DNA of 64,000 nucleotides from an uncultured virus (IMG/VR IMGVR_UViG_3300008448_014394) (IMGVR_UViG_3300008448_014394); one strand, 5' to 3'; counted from the stretch's first letter, positions 46,605 to 60,200 are shown. Notes: a model not told the origin generated them from the sequence alone. Numbers and translations are program-made.

Positions 46605-49600
46605 TTATAGAGGGCAGGGGAAAGGACCTTCTACGAAGGTTCCTACTGCAGTGCTTCCTGTTATGAAATAGCATTCCTCTTCGCTTGGCAACTCTGCTGT
46701 ATCAGAACAATTACCAATTCCAAGCCTGGTGAGGTCATCTATGCTTAATTCTATATCCTGATTCTTAAATCCAGACTTCTTTAAGTATACGCCAAAATTT
46801 AGAACGGTTCTATTAGATTTATTTAGCGCATCAAATAAAATATTTTTAGTATTTAATGTGGCTATACCAGTTTGAGCATCTAAATCAACACCTATCTTGA
46901 AGATAACTCCAGTAGTATTATCAAGGTATGTAAACTCTAGAGTTATTGAAGATGAAACCTCAAAAGAAAAATCAGATTCGCCATCAGGCTCTATAACAAA
47001 GCCCTTTAGAAAACCTGGAAGGTGCCCTACCTTCTGTAGCAAGGCGTTGTAAACTGAAGTTATATCAATACTTATTGGTGAGCCAATAGTTACAGTTCCA
47101 AGAATATGATTCACCATATAGGATGTGTCATCTTCTGTAGGAACGTTAAATACCTTCCCTAAGTTATCTGCATTTAATAATGTTAGAGGGAATATGTTGA
47201 TTGAGTCAGTTGTAGTTACTCCAACGGTTGGAGTTAGGATTAAACTTGCAGAATTAACTGTGGCTCTACGAGTTAGTTCAAATGGAACTGTTACAGTCAG
47301 TCTATTAGTAAGCTTTGTTGAGCTATTCCTTCTAATTAAATAATCAGGATCGCTATTCAATGTAAAGAACTCAGAACGAGCAATTACTTCTGATAAGCTT
47401 ACAGAAACATTTAATCCGACATTTGGTGAGTTTATTTGAGATAATTCTACTGACATATCGACTGTACCATCTCCAGGCTGTACGTCTGGATTACCTCCAA
47501 TTCTGACATATTGACCAAATGTATCTGCCGTAACTTCATCCAATTTTTCAGGAATAATATAATATGCATAAACAACATCATCAATTCTTCTTAGTCTAAA
47601 TCTTACTGTATCTAGTAAGTCATCAGGTGCAATAATATCATAATAGAAGTTGCTTGTACCATCTTTTACATCTCCGCTATAGAATATCTTTGTCTTATAG
47701 CCACCAACCATCTTCCAACCTAGCTTTAGAACAGATACGGTGGTATCAGCATTTGTAATGGTAAGTGTTGCAAAAGCAGAAATTGCACCTTGGGTTAGGT
47801 TACTAGGAACAAGATCTGTAGGTTCTGTAGGCCAAACCTCTCTTGATAATTTGAAGTCAATAATAAAATCATCTTCTAAGGCGAGCATAGCTGCTGGTGC
47901 ATTTATTCTTCCAAATCTTTCTGTGGTATCAGATGTTGTAACAAGATCAAAAGTAGCTGGAGAATTTGGGCCTACGAGATTTGTAATTGTAAAGCTGGGG
48001 CTATTTGATGGATCTAAATTCCATAATGAGAAAGCATTATAAGAATAATCTTTATATCTATCACTAATAACTTCTACAGCTGTTGATGAATCATTTATAA
48101 TGGTTGCCTCTGGAACAAAGTTTCCAATATATCCATCTAAATATCCATCTACAACATAGCCGTCTATTAGTGCATCAACATGAACTCCAGATATCCCTGA
48201 TGAAAATCTAACCCTGCCTTTAGCTATATCATTATTTAATCCAACATCTTCACAGCCAACCAAAGTACCGTCAGAATATCTCATTGCTGGATAACCAGCA
48301 GCAGTTAAGCAAGTTCCAGACTTAGCCTTAACAAAGCTATTGTATAAGTCTATAGAACATCCAGTTATTGAACCTGGAGGCAATGGAACTTTTATATTGG
48401 TATATTCAAAGTCACCAGGATGAGGAACGCCTGGAGCGGTTAAGATATTCCCATTTGGTAGATATAGATCTCCAGGGACATAAGTTTGATTCTTATAAAC
48501 AGGGGTGCAGTCTACTTCTGGTGTACATGCAGGCTCTACACATTCACAAGCATTAGTCTGCTCCTCTATAAAGCTAGATCCAACATATCTCTTTAAATCA
48601 CAAAAAGATAAGAAGTTATCTTGAAATGGTGCTTCGATGAAGTTTATTTCAAAGTCAAAGCTTGCAAATGGTAGTCTTAATAAGCTTTTATTATCTGCAT
48701 ATAAATTGACCCTAGAACCGCTGGTAATTACCACATCAAATGATGAACTTGATTGTAAATCTGTTTCTACTCCTTCGAGGTCTGTTAAAGTTACTGTTAC
48801 AGTAACCCCATCTACATCAATAGATTTTGAAGCAATTAAGTAATCACCAACGTTTGGATCTGTAGTTGTGGTTATAGAAAGTTTATCACCAACGCTTATT
48901 GCTAATGCATCTTTGTAATCAGCTACGACAAAAGATATTGAAGTAGCATCTATAACAGAACTGGTAGATACAGTATCTAATATAGTGGGATAATCAGATG
49001 TAGATAGAATATTCTCAAGATGTAGAGTTAAAACTCTAAATTCTGTTGGAGATGAGAAGTTGACATATCCATCAACTGCATCTTCCATTATTTCTACGTC
49101 TATTCCGTCTACAGTTCCATCATTATTAAGGTCAGATTTAATAAAGTCTATAATATTTAAATCACCATTTAATATCTTGCGCTCTGTGGAGGAAGAGTTA
49201 ATGGTATTGCCAAGGATAGGAACCATTAAGGATAGGTCGTTTGAAGATATCTTTCCGTCAGAATTAAGATCTCCTAGCTTCTGAATGCTGCATTCTACCC
49301 TGACAATTCTATACATTGCATTACATGTGCAGCTTGTATCTGGGACTATAACTCTGTTTACTAAGTTTGAAGATAAAATATCATTTCCTGGTTCAATTAT
49401 CTGTATGGTATTTGCCCCAATTAATCCAGGCTTATCAAACACGCCTTCGTAAGTAGATGCAGCGCGAGTGTTGTTATCTTCAATTTTTGCCAATATCATT
49501 GGCACAGTATCTTCTCTTAGGTTATCTAATTCTTCTTGGTTTACTACAGAGATTGAAGGAACGTCTTGTATTCTGGTAAAGACGAAGTTGTTAGTCCTTG

Positions 49601-51170
49601 GGTGAACTCCAGCCTCAGAGAACTCCTCTCTTTGTGATAGTATTAAATAATTTGCAGAACCTTCAGATACAGTCCTGAGGCTAATATCCTTTTCAAAGTA
49701 TGAAACCTGAGTATTTCCTACATATTCTCTAAACTTTGGAATTGTAACTGCAACTCCAGAGTCGGTATATGCTGTACCATCAACAACTTGAACGGTATCT
49801 GAATGTATCTGGAACCAAAGTGATGAACCTGAGTCGTTAACGAATCTCTTGGTAATTGGATCATATTCTACATATTTTGACTGTTGTTTTCCGAATTGCT
49901 CTATAGTAGTTTGAGGAGTTCCGTCTTCGATTTTTTTAGTTACTTTATCCCAGCCTTTTTCCAAGATAACAGTTCCAACTCTATTATCACCTCTTCTGCT
50001 TACCAATATTGCATAATACTTTCCTTTTTCTATAGAAGGCTCAATATTTGGATCTGCAATTAAAGTTCCGGCAAAGTTGAATGATACCATTTGAGGTGTT
50101 TCAGTTAGTTTATATCCCATGGATTCTAGATCTGCTTGGCCAAAAGATATTTCAACTAGCGGAGTTATTTCTGGATCATAATCTATTAAATCATTTGGTA
50201 CAACGCCGCCTGGTGTAGAAACATTTGATGCAAGCTCATGAATTCCTATGACTAAGTTTCCGGAGAAATCAAGCTGCTCTGCAAGTGGCAGGCTTTCATC
50301 ACGGGAGACGGACAACAAGAGATCAACCCTCTGTAAGTTATCCATATTAGACAAGAATTTTTGTCCATATGAAATAGAAGTTGCTCCAAGCTTTTCAAAC
50401 TCAAGTTTCTCTCGTCCTTCCAGCTCAATGTACATATCATTAATGTTATTGTTTGCACCAAGTGCTAGCTCAATTTCATAAAGTATATCATGAGATAAGT
50501 CTGAAGATATGAAATTATTTAGGTCATAGTTTGGAGACTCGACTTGAGAGTTTACCCTTGTGGCAGGATAAACAGACATCTGTGGAGCTTCTCTAAGAAT
50601 CATATATCCAGAATCGCCAATGAGATTTTCGCTCTCGGCAGCGGAAACAACCTTAGTTTGTCCTGTACCACCGGAAAAATGATTAAAGATGATTGCAATG
50701 ACTGAAGTAAAGAAGTGTTCCGTAACTCTTTTCTCGTTCTCATAAAACTCAACAAATTCTGCAACTAACTCTCCCTGAGAATTGGCTCCATCAAAAGCTC
50801 TACCAATTACCATTACTTTTGTTCTTAGCCTTCCCATTACATTAGAGTCTATAAGCTCCAATTCAATTCTGTTTCCATAAACAGGATCGGATGGCTGAAG
50901 ATCTAGAAAAATTGGCTTTCCATCATAGCGACCCAATAGAATGTCATTCTCTGAAGGATTAGATCCATACTTCCCTGGATTTCTAGTGTCCAATAGATTC
51001 TTTTGGTCAAATGGTGAACTTATAATTATCCCGCTACCATGGAAATCTACAACAAGATTTGATGCTAGAGCATTATTATTAATCTGCTCAGTATCTAAAT
51101 CTTTTTCAGTTACTCTATGTCCATCGTAAAAGTTAACTCTTTTGCTGTTAATACGCTCTTTCTTAGCCAT
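46605..51170 (-). CDS. large virion (baseplate/tail-associated) protein with dockerin-like Ca-binding pair
   Basis: N-terminal RVNFYDGHRVTEKDLDTEQ resembles contractile-tail baseplate accessory proteins; GDLNSDGKISSND and SDLNNDGTVDGID; follows the baseplate genes. Confidence 0.65.
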   Translation of the reverse strand: MAKKERINSKRVNFYDGHRVTEKDLDTEQINNNALASNLVVDFHGSGIIISSPFDQKNLLDTRNPGKYGSNPSENDILLGRYDGKPIFLDLQPSDPVYGNRIELELIDSNVMGRLRTKVMVIGRAFDGANSQGELVAEFVEFYENEKRVTEHFFTSVIAIIFNHFSGGTGQTKVVSAAESENLIGDSGYMILREAPQMSVYPATRVNSQVESPNYDLNNFISSDLSHDILYEIELALGANNNINDMYIELEGREKLEFEKLGATSISYGQKFLSNMDNLQRVDLLLSVSRDESLPLAEQLDFSGNLVIGIHELASNVSTPGGVVPNDLIDYDPEITPLVEISFGQADLESMGYKLTETPQMVSFNFAGTLIADPNIEPSIEKGKYYAILVSRRGDNRVGTVILEKGWDKVTKKIEDGTPQTTIEQFGKQQSKYVEYDPITKRFVNDSGSSLWFQIHSDTVQVVDGTAYTDSGVAVTIPKFREYVGNTQVSYFEKDISLRTVSEGSANYLILSQREEFSEAGVHPRTNNFVFTRIQDVPSISVVNQEELDNLREDTVPMILAKIEDNNTRAASTYEGVFDKPGLIGANTIQIIEPGNDILSSNLVNRVIVPDTSCTCNAMYRIVRVECSIQKLGDLNSDGKISSNDLSLMVPILGNTINSSSTERKILNGDLNIIDFIKSDLNNDGTVDGIDVEIMEDAVDGYVNFSSPTEFRVLTLHLENILSTSDYPTILDTVSTSSVIDATSISFVVADYKDALAISVGDKLSITTTTDPNVGDYLIASKSIDVDGVTVTVTLTDLEGVETDLQSSSSFDVVITSGSRVNLYADNKSLLRLPFASFDFEINFIEAPFQDNFLSFCDLKRYVGSSFIEEQTNACECVEPACTPEVDCTPVYKNQTYVPGDLYLPNGNILTAPGVPHPGDFEYTNIKVPLPPGSITGCSIDLYNSFVKAKSGTCLTAAGYPAMRYSDGTLVGCEDVGLNNDIAKGRVRFSSGISGVHVDALIDGYVVDGYLDGYIGNFVPEATIINDSSTAVEVISDRYKDYSYNAFSLWNLDPSNSPSFTITNLVGPNSPATFDLVTTSDTTERFGRINAPAAMLALEDDFIIDFKLSREVWPTEPTDLVPSNLTQGAISAFATLTITNADTTVSVLKLGWKMVGGYKTKIFYSGDVKDGTSNFYYDIIAPDDLLDTVRFRLRRIDDVVYAYYIIPEKLDEVTADTFGQYVRIGGNPDVQPGDGTVDMSVELSQINSPNVGLNVSVSLSEVIARSEFFTLNSDPDYLIRRNSSTKLTNRLTVTVPFELTRRATVNSASLILTPTVGVTTTDSINIFPLTLLNADNLGKVFNVPTEDDTSYMVNHILGTVTIGSPISIDITSVYNALLQKVGHLPGFLKGFVIEPDGESDFSFEVSSSITLEFTYLDNTTGVIFKIGVDLDAQTGIATLNTKNILFDALNKSNRTVLNFGVYLKKSGFKNQDIELSIDDLTRLGIGNCSDTAELPSEEECYFITGSTAVGTFVEGPFPCPL

Positions 51171-51209
51171 CAGATACTCCGTACATTCTTCTTTAAAATT
51201 AATAGAGAA

Positions 51210-54200
51210 TTAGCATTTTGTCTTAGTGAATTTTACCAAAGCATTTGTATGTGCTGGTTTTAATCTATTAACTAATTCTACTATTAAATCTTCTATTTGA
51301 CCATCATTAATATCAATTACTTTATCAAAATTATCTATAACTTCAATATCGAAATTATAAATTCCTCTTTCTGGATCCATCACTGTTGCAAAGCGATCTA
51401 CCTTTTCCATGTCGGCATCAAAGTCCAATAAAAATGTTGTGGCATTATCTTGTACAACTGGGAATACTGTATTTAAATTCTCTGAATAGTTAATATCTAC
51501 AGCATTGCCAGCGGGATCTGTAACTATGCTTCTCATTATTTTACTGAATCTAATATTATCCATTCTGGCTCTACAGTTTTTATTTCCAAATATATCTGAG
51601 CCTATAGATATAAGCTTAAATTCATCTGACAGCGGTATCTTGTATTCTTTGTTTTTAAACTGTCCATCCTTCTGGATATACTGACCATAATAATATCCTG
51701 TACCATAAGTTAATCCTGTGCCGTATAAAATATATCCACCCTCATCTCCATCGCAGAATATTCTCATTGTATCATACAGTGAATTCGTTTTATATAAGCA
51801 AAGTATTCTATGCCAGGTATTCTTTTTCCAATCAATATCAATTGATACTATATTATCTATGCCACCTGCAGTCATCAAAAATACAAGCTGATTTCTATCA
51901 TTCTTATAGATAGAGAATCTATCTCCAGAAGAACCTAGTGGAATATAAGTTATGACTACATCAGTATTTTGTGCAGGTAGTGATTCTGCTAAGAAAATCT
52001 TTGTTCCATCAGGTGACAACCTTGCGCCGATGGAGAAATCTTTATCAGAACCTGTTCCACCTTCTAAGACTCCTGATATTCCACTTCTAGATATTTCATC
52101 AAATATAATTGTCTGAGCCTCATTAGGTGTGTAAAGATCTTTAAATTCTTTGGTTTTCTTTAATAGCTTTACGCTGAGGATCTTATTTGCAGGATTGTTA
52201 AGTTCTATAACTGTTGAACTTTTAGAGGTTACCCTCTCCATTTTTCCGGAGAATATATCTAGATAATATCTAAACTCTTTATCATCAAAGGTATCAACAA
52301 CTGGGCTAACCCATAACTCAATACTTCCTTCGTTTCTTCTAAACTTTCCATCATTATTTAGTAGCAACAGACCCTTTCCATTTGTAAAGTTTCCGGAACT
52401 CTTAAATAGTTCATTTACGCTCTTATTGCTCTTTGGGAATTCTTCTGCATTTCGATAGAAATCTGCCTCGTTAAATAGAGGACCTCCACCAGCCTTATGA
52501 ACTTCGTAGAAAGTTCTAGTTGCCTCATCTAAAGTATAACCCCAATTTAACATTTGAGAAATAAATAAGTTTGGATTATTAACAACTTCTAGTAGTGCCT
52601 CTTGCTTATCTCGTGATAGTGTATATGATATATTATTTACTTGATCTAAGAATTTTGTATTTCTTAATCTTCTTGACTGCATTTTTATTGGGTTATTAAA
52701 AGGAATCAAGGTTAGAGTTTGGCTATCTGCACAGGCTGGATTTGATTTGTTATATTCATCCGTTATGCTTCTTGTTCCTGCAGTATATGCCTCAGTTACT
52801 CTAGTATCATTTGACATCTCTGATATTATTCTAAACTGATCTATGATTCCGCCAAACTGCTCTTCCTCTTCAAAGTTTGAGCCAACGTATAGCTTATGAC
52901 CAACCTCAGGAAGATTCAATCTTAGATAAGCTGGGAACTCTATATCATAAAAACCAGGATGTAATTCAAATGGATATGTGCCTGATGAACCGAATGTTGT
53001 CAAGATCATATGATCATTAACATAATCAAACACTTCACATCTAGAACCACCATTATTAGATACAGAGAGTAGGTCTTTTTCTTTTAATGAAATGACGGCT
53101 GTATCCATATAATCTGGGTCTACAACTAAAAGCCTACCAGTTATTTTTGTAACTGTTTTAAATAAGTTTGATGTATCATATGATCCATTTTTATTTATGG
53201 AGAAGAATTCGTAAGCATCTCCACTAACAGTGGTTCCATGTATGGTGATAAAGCTTTCCTTTAGCAATGCTCCATAGCCATCATATCCATCATAGCCGTC
53301 ATAGCCATCGTACTTGCAAAACTGAACGTTATCAGAATCAAATGTTAGAGTTAAAAATCTTCCTAGATTTTGCTTATATACATTTCCTTCTTCCGAGGAA
53401 ACGCTATGATACTTGTTTGAGTTATCTAATAGAATTTCAAAATCAAAGTAATAACCCAAGCCTTCTTTTGGTTCTGGATTTATTGGCTGGATAGCAGTCT
53501 TATCCACTATAATTCTTCTTATTTTTATATCTTCAAATGACACAGGCTCTGCATGAACATTCTTGATAACACTCTTACCGCTAAAGTTAGATTCATTATT
53601 TAGGTAGGAAGAACTGGATAATGATAATTTTGACTTTACATTTTCTAGATTTAGCCCATAAGTCCTTATATGGATATCTACATCTGTTGGCTGTACAGTT
53701 GCTACAGTTTTGCAAAAGTTATTCTTACCAACAAACTCAATAATCCTGGTGTCTAGGTTTGCCCTAAATTTTGGATTTATAACATTGGCGCCCTTTAGAA
53801 TATTTACTTCACCAAACTCTATGGTATAAAACACTCCAGACATTTCTTCTATAGAGCCATTTGGCCTGGTTCTGAATATTGCTAGTCTAGAGTTTCTCAA
53901 ATCTGTAAGAATAGGAGCTGTAACTCCAGCGGTGGGAGGAAATTTGAATACGATATCAGATGCGGAGGTGTTGAAAGATATAATTTCAACATTATCTCCT
54001 CTACCCAGAGTCACATTATTTGAATCTATAACACTCTTAATTATATATTCTTGATTTACTAAGTCTGGTGCATTCTCTGAGGATTCAAATATTAAGCTTC
54101 TACCAATCATATCCTGAGTGAATACTGCCTGATATGATGAGAAGATTGCATTTCCAGCTGTTACAGTTCCATCAGTATACTGAGGGCAGAAAACAATATC

Positions 54201-57200
54201 TTTTGCCAAGAAGTCATATAGTACTTCTTTGCTGATATCTCTAAATTTATCATTTAATCTGACAGGAATCTTGCCGCCGAATTTGAATATATTTGGTGCT
54301 TCCTGTCCATCAATAAACAAATGCATTTCATCTTTGTTATTGATTGTGTTCAACTTCCAGCTTGCAGCTATGTGGTGTAAGTCTCCGGGTCTAAAGTGCT
54401 TAATATTTGTGGCTAGATTCAACATCCCAGCCTGACCAAGCCTCTTTAGACTATCATCAAATATTCTAAAGTTTAAGAAGCCTTTGCCATCCTTAAAGAT
54501 AGAGAAGCGTCTATCACCTTCTGACACACCAGTATCAACTAGATATCGGCGCCTGTCAGAAGTTATAAACATCTCATCTACGCCATAAAAGTCTGCATAT
54601 CCTTCATAGCCATATTCATCATAGCTAAGCTCTCCAGCACCATCTCTACCATCTACAGTGAATGAAAAGTCAACCCTTGAGTCAGTGCTAATAATAGTAT
54701 CATTTGATTCAAGATATTTAGTCCCAGACACTTCTGAGGCAGAATAGAATATTAAATCAATATCTGCAACGTTTGGAATATATGTGCTATGATATGAGTA
54801 GATATCAGAAATAGAATTATCAAATAAATATAAGCAAATATTGGGGCCTTCGAATGGCTGATATCCATCGAAGGTTGGATTCTCAAACTGTCCAAATGGA
54901 GTTCTTTCTACGAAGAAATTATCTATATAGATAGATACTCTTTTAGTTTCATTATTTTTAACTAGCCTATATTCGTGAAACTCTCCATCGTTCCAGATGT
55001 AAGGAATATATTCTATTATTGAATTGTTTGTTCCATCAACTACCAAGACTATAGGCTGAGAATCAACGGTAAGACCTAGAGCTAATTTTACTGAAAGATC
55101 TGCATCAGTTAATGAGATTGGAACGATTCCTGTAAAGTTACCATTAATTAATCCAGAAAAATATCCGATTAAAGATCCGGCTATACTAGGATCATACTGA
55201 GAAACTTTCATTGATACTACATATTCCAAATCTCCATTTGGGCATGGATTACTAGTATAGAGCAAGTTTCCTAAAACTTTATCCTCTTCAGTACAGTCGA
55301 AGTAATCAACCGATGGTCCAAGCCTATAAATTCCGTCAGATATGCTTGTATTGAAATCTCCAAACTTTACCCACTTCCCTGATTGAGTTTCTCTACCACC
55401 AATGATAACGTTAATAAGTTCAGTTTCTGCTTCATCAATCTTTGACCATCCGAAATCTTCTAGTAATTGATTTCCGCAATATCTGAAGGTTGCCTCACAA
55501 GCTATTCCTGTATCACAATTATTTGTTGATTCTTCTCTATATGATCTTGAAACAGATGAGAATTCACCATCTGTGGTTATATTTCCACTTAAATTATAAT
55601 TGGTATTTATATAATCATAAGTATTAGTCCAGCCACCTGATGATACCACAACATCTGATGGAACTTGTGTAGTGCGATTGTATCTAACTCTATAAATCCA
55701 TTGTCCGATCTCCTCGCTCAATGGAGACTTGCACAACTCATCAAACCAAATAAATATCCCACCGTTAGATTCGGCTCCGGGAGGCTCGCCTACTGGAGAC
55801 TTTGGATGGTCGCCTCTATTTATAGAAAATGGTACGCGACTTGGACTCCAGCCTTCACCACCAATATGAATATCTTTTGGTGTAAATTTATTATATATTG
55901 TTCCATTAACCCTAGATATATCTATAGTTGATAGAGCATACTTTGTAAATACTCCAATTGCGTGACCTTTGAAGTTTCTATCTATAATATCTAAGTCCAA
56001 GCTTAGGTTGCAAGATAGAATTGCATCAGTATAAAACATAGAGGTAGTTACGGTATCTATTTTAATATCTACTATGTTCTCAATGGGCCTTCTATTTATT
56101 TCAAACTTATGATAATTGCTCCAGTTTATAACGAACTCTTTTTGAAAGTCTAAACCTAAAATAGATTTTGATGGATTATATTTAGATAGTATTTGGGCTG
56201 TCTTTGCAAATAGCTTTACCTTACCAATGGGCTCTGAATTGTTTATTGCAATTCTTCCCTTGGTTGCGAGGTCAGTATTGTTTATTCCAAATTTCTTAAC
56301 CTCAACTTTTAATATATCATCAGGTATGGATCTTGTAAATAATTTTCCTGAAGAATTATAAAAACCAGTTACCTGATAAAATATTCCTAGTTCATCAACC
56401 AAGATAAATGATTCTGGTGTTTGGTCTATTATATTTGATGTATTTTTAAAAGTAAATAGGCTAAAGGCTGCATCTAGCTCTACCCTTATTTTAAGATCAT
56501 TAAACTTTTCCAAAGTAGAAACATTATTTACTACATAACATTTGCATGGCTTGACATAGTATGGTGGCTCAAAGTTTGATAATAAATCACTCTTTGTATC
56601 ACTATCTTCAATCTCAAACTCAAAGCCTTCAACATGCTTTAGGTTTAGAGATAATCCTACTGTTCTATTTCCGTCAGGTACTAATAGGCTTCCGGCATTG
56701 TATGCATTTGCAGGAGGAGATAATTCTGTTGGGAATGGTCCGCCAACAAAAGAACCTGGGCCTAACTCACCAACAACGAAGTAGGATTCGCTAACAGCTT
56801 CATCACCACATGGCACTTCTAATTCTACAGAATTTACTGCTTTTGTTAATTCGTTATAGTTTGCTCCAATCATATCAACTTTAAAAACTGCGGATGTTTT
56901 GGAATTAACGGTTCTATCTAAATTTTCCTGTTCTTTATATATTCCAAAATATCCTACATCTAGTCCTTGAATTTTTGATGAATCTGATCTATAGTTAAAT
57001 AGTAACAAACTACGTCCTGTATAATCAGATCCACCAGCAAGGCTTATGTTTTTAATTGGCATAATATCCCAATTATTTTCAGCACTAAATGGATTGCTTC
57101 CGCTTCTAAGATAGAATGATTCTTCGCCAATATTATCTATGTTAAAAGTCAGAGTCGCATCATTATTTATTCCGGCCCATTCTGGACGCACCCATGCTTC

Positions 57201-60200
57201 AAGGGTCCCTTCATCTAATGAGATTGAAGATATAGATGGAATATTAACCACTACATCATCATTAAACATTAAACCTTCGCCAAATCGACCCTCTATGAAG
57301 TTGAGAACGCCCTTATAATCTATGTTGCCTGGTGATAAATAATCCCGTCCTAATATCCAATTTCCAAAAATTAGCTCTTGAATGTTGGGATTTATCTTGG
57401 TGAAAGACTTTACTAATTCCTTGTAAGATGGTAAAGTTGGTCCCTTTGGAAATGATTGTAGTACACCCTTAATGGCATCGCGATATAATTCTCTATCAGT
57501 ATTAACACCAAAGCTTCTAAAGAATGGAATGTTTGTAAGGCTTCCAAAATTGACCCTCAGGGCCTCTCTGAGTGCGCCGTACCTATAGGTGACGAAATAC
57601 TGCTCGCCCTCTTCTATCGCATCATTAATGCTCCAATCTATTGTGTTATCACCATACTCATACCATACAACTAGATTGTCTGCAACATATGTATAGTCCA
57701 AGAAGATAAATCCAAAACGATAGTCTACAGCAATAGCAGTACCTATTTCTGGCATCTCAGAAGTTAAATATGTTATTTCAAACATTTCTCCAGCTGAGAA
57801 TCCAGAATCACCAGGAATATTTATGGTCATCTTACCATCAGCTATGGTAACGCTTGCTCTAACAACTATCTTAGAAACACCTACGGGATCTAACTTTGGC
57901 CTACTTACTGTTGCATCATTTTCTGCTGGTACCTCAACTCTTATCCTGGACAGATTATTATTTACATTGATAATCTTAAATCTATCGCCATTCTTATCTA
58001 TTAAGTAATCGTTATCTGTATCTACACCTGCTAGGCTGACTGGCGTAGAGATATCAACTCTGGCCACACCAGGAGAGATTATATCAACATCTGCAATCTG
58101 AAGCTTGTCTAGTTTGGATATATTTAAATCATCATCAAATGCAACTGTATCTCTCAGGACTGTTTTTGCATTATAAAATGTTGTAGCTGTGGCATCAAAT
58201 ATTGTTATAATAAAATCTGAACCGTTTGTATTTAGTCTTTTTCTCTGTCTCTTTTTAAAATCAATAACGTTATCTTCAAAGTATACAGAAGTAACATCGT
58301 AAAGGTTTCTTCCACCATTTTTAACTGTTAATTGCAACTCTTCTTTAGATGCTTCTGGAAGTCGGTCACCTTGATAGCTTGAATTTAAGTTTGCGCCCTT
58401 TAGGTCAGAAATTTTAAATATACTGTTTATACTGGTAATTTTATTTGGAACTAAGGCTGTATAATCTTCTAGAACGTCACAGACTATCTGCCTATTTCCA
58501 TCAGGATCTTGCGCATCAGTTACTCCATCATACATTCTTAATGAGTTTTCAAGATCAAGTATTGAGACTGTATTGTTATCATTTGATAGCTTTTGATATA
58601 TGATTTCTGCAGTAGATATATCATCTGGGCTATTCTTCTTCTTTGCGGCACCTGATGCAGTTATGATATTTTTATATCTTGTATCAACATCTCCATAGCT
58701 ATACTTTGCAGTACCTACAACTACCTCTTGATCTTTTCTTATGGCTACATAGATTATTCCATGATCATAATCTACTGTGTAGTCTCCAACCTTTCTCAGT
58801 CTAGATATATTTTCTTCAAACTTGGTTCCCTTTGAATCTACAAATGCTCTAGATATTCCACCGTCCGAAGTTTTGAATAGAGAAGGAGTAAGATTAATTG
58901 ATTCGAACCATTTTTCATTTTTAAAGATGTTATCATTACTTAGTTCTAGGGAAGAGTTTGTTATCATTCCAATGCTATCAAGGTTGTTATTTAGAATTCT
59001 TTCCTTATCTAAATTAATAACAAATCCCTTTGTTCCAATAATTACTTCGGAATTTACTGTTGGTGGTATGACATCATTATTACCAATGCTTGCAGAGGTG
59101 ATTAAGTTATTTGAATCTGGATCTCCAAAATACTGTATGTTAGCATCTAATATGGTTGCGGATCCATTTACCCCTTTTATCTCTCTGAAAAAGTAGTTTG
59201 TAGAATTTTGAGAGATAAGTTCTGCAGGAATTCCTGGTGAGAAAATAATGCTGTTATTTGAAGCATTTGATATAATTTTGGCTCTAAAAGCTGGGATAAT
59301 GAACTCACCAACTACAGCCAATTCTTCATTATCTATATTTAAGAATATAGCTTCTTCATCTTTTTCAGTTTTAACTTCGGGAGATCTATTCCCTGAAAAA
59401 GCAATCTCGGTTGCGGTATGAAATAATGGATTGTAAACTTCTCCAGTGGTTTGATTCAATATTCTAAATACATCAGTGATTGGAGCGTTTGCAGTTTTTA
59501 TTCTAAATGATTGGCTCAATCTATTTTCAACAAATTCAGGCATGACCTCAATATGGCTTTTTGCAAGATAATCTATATCTTTTGCAAATACTTCTTCATA
59601 TTGAATGGTTATTTCAGCTTCATCATTTGAAAGCTCTCTGTTTGGAGTGGCTACGAAATCTTGATTATATATTGAATAATCTAAATCTCTAGAGAATTCT
59701 TTTCTGTAATAGTATGTCGCAACAACGTTATCCTGCCCAGTTCCCTCTCCAACCTTTTGAGCGCCAGCAACATATACCTCTCCAGTTTCATAATTTATGG
59801 AATACTCTCCAAGCATGGATGGCAAGTTGCTAATATTGAATTTAATTTCTTTCAGGAATGCTTGTGGCTTTTCCTCATAATTTTCTGCCACTTTGAATGT
59901 GACACCATTTAAGGATGGTATATCATTAGTTGCAGTAACTATTGGTGCCTGGCCAAGAAAAAATCTGCTAGAATTAGTTGGTATTGGCTCATTTGTAGAT
60001 TGTTCAACTCTAGATACCAAAACCTGATCTTCTAATATATTCCTACCTGTATTTTTATAAAGGTAAGATACAACAAAGGTATCTACAATAGATGGCCTTG
60101 GAATGTTTCCGAACTCAGATAATAGTATTTGGTTATCTTTTAATTGTGTAAACTTAAATGCAAAATCTTGATCGTAGAAATTATCTTTTATGGAATATTT

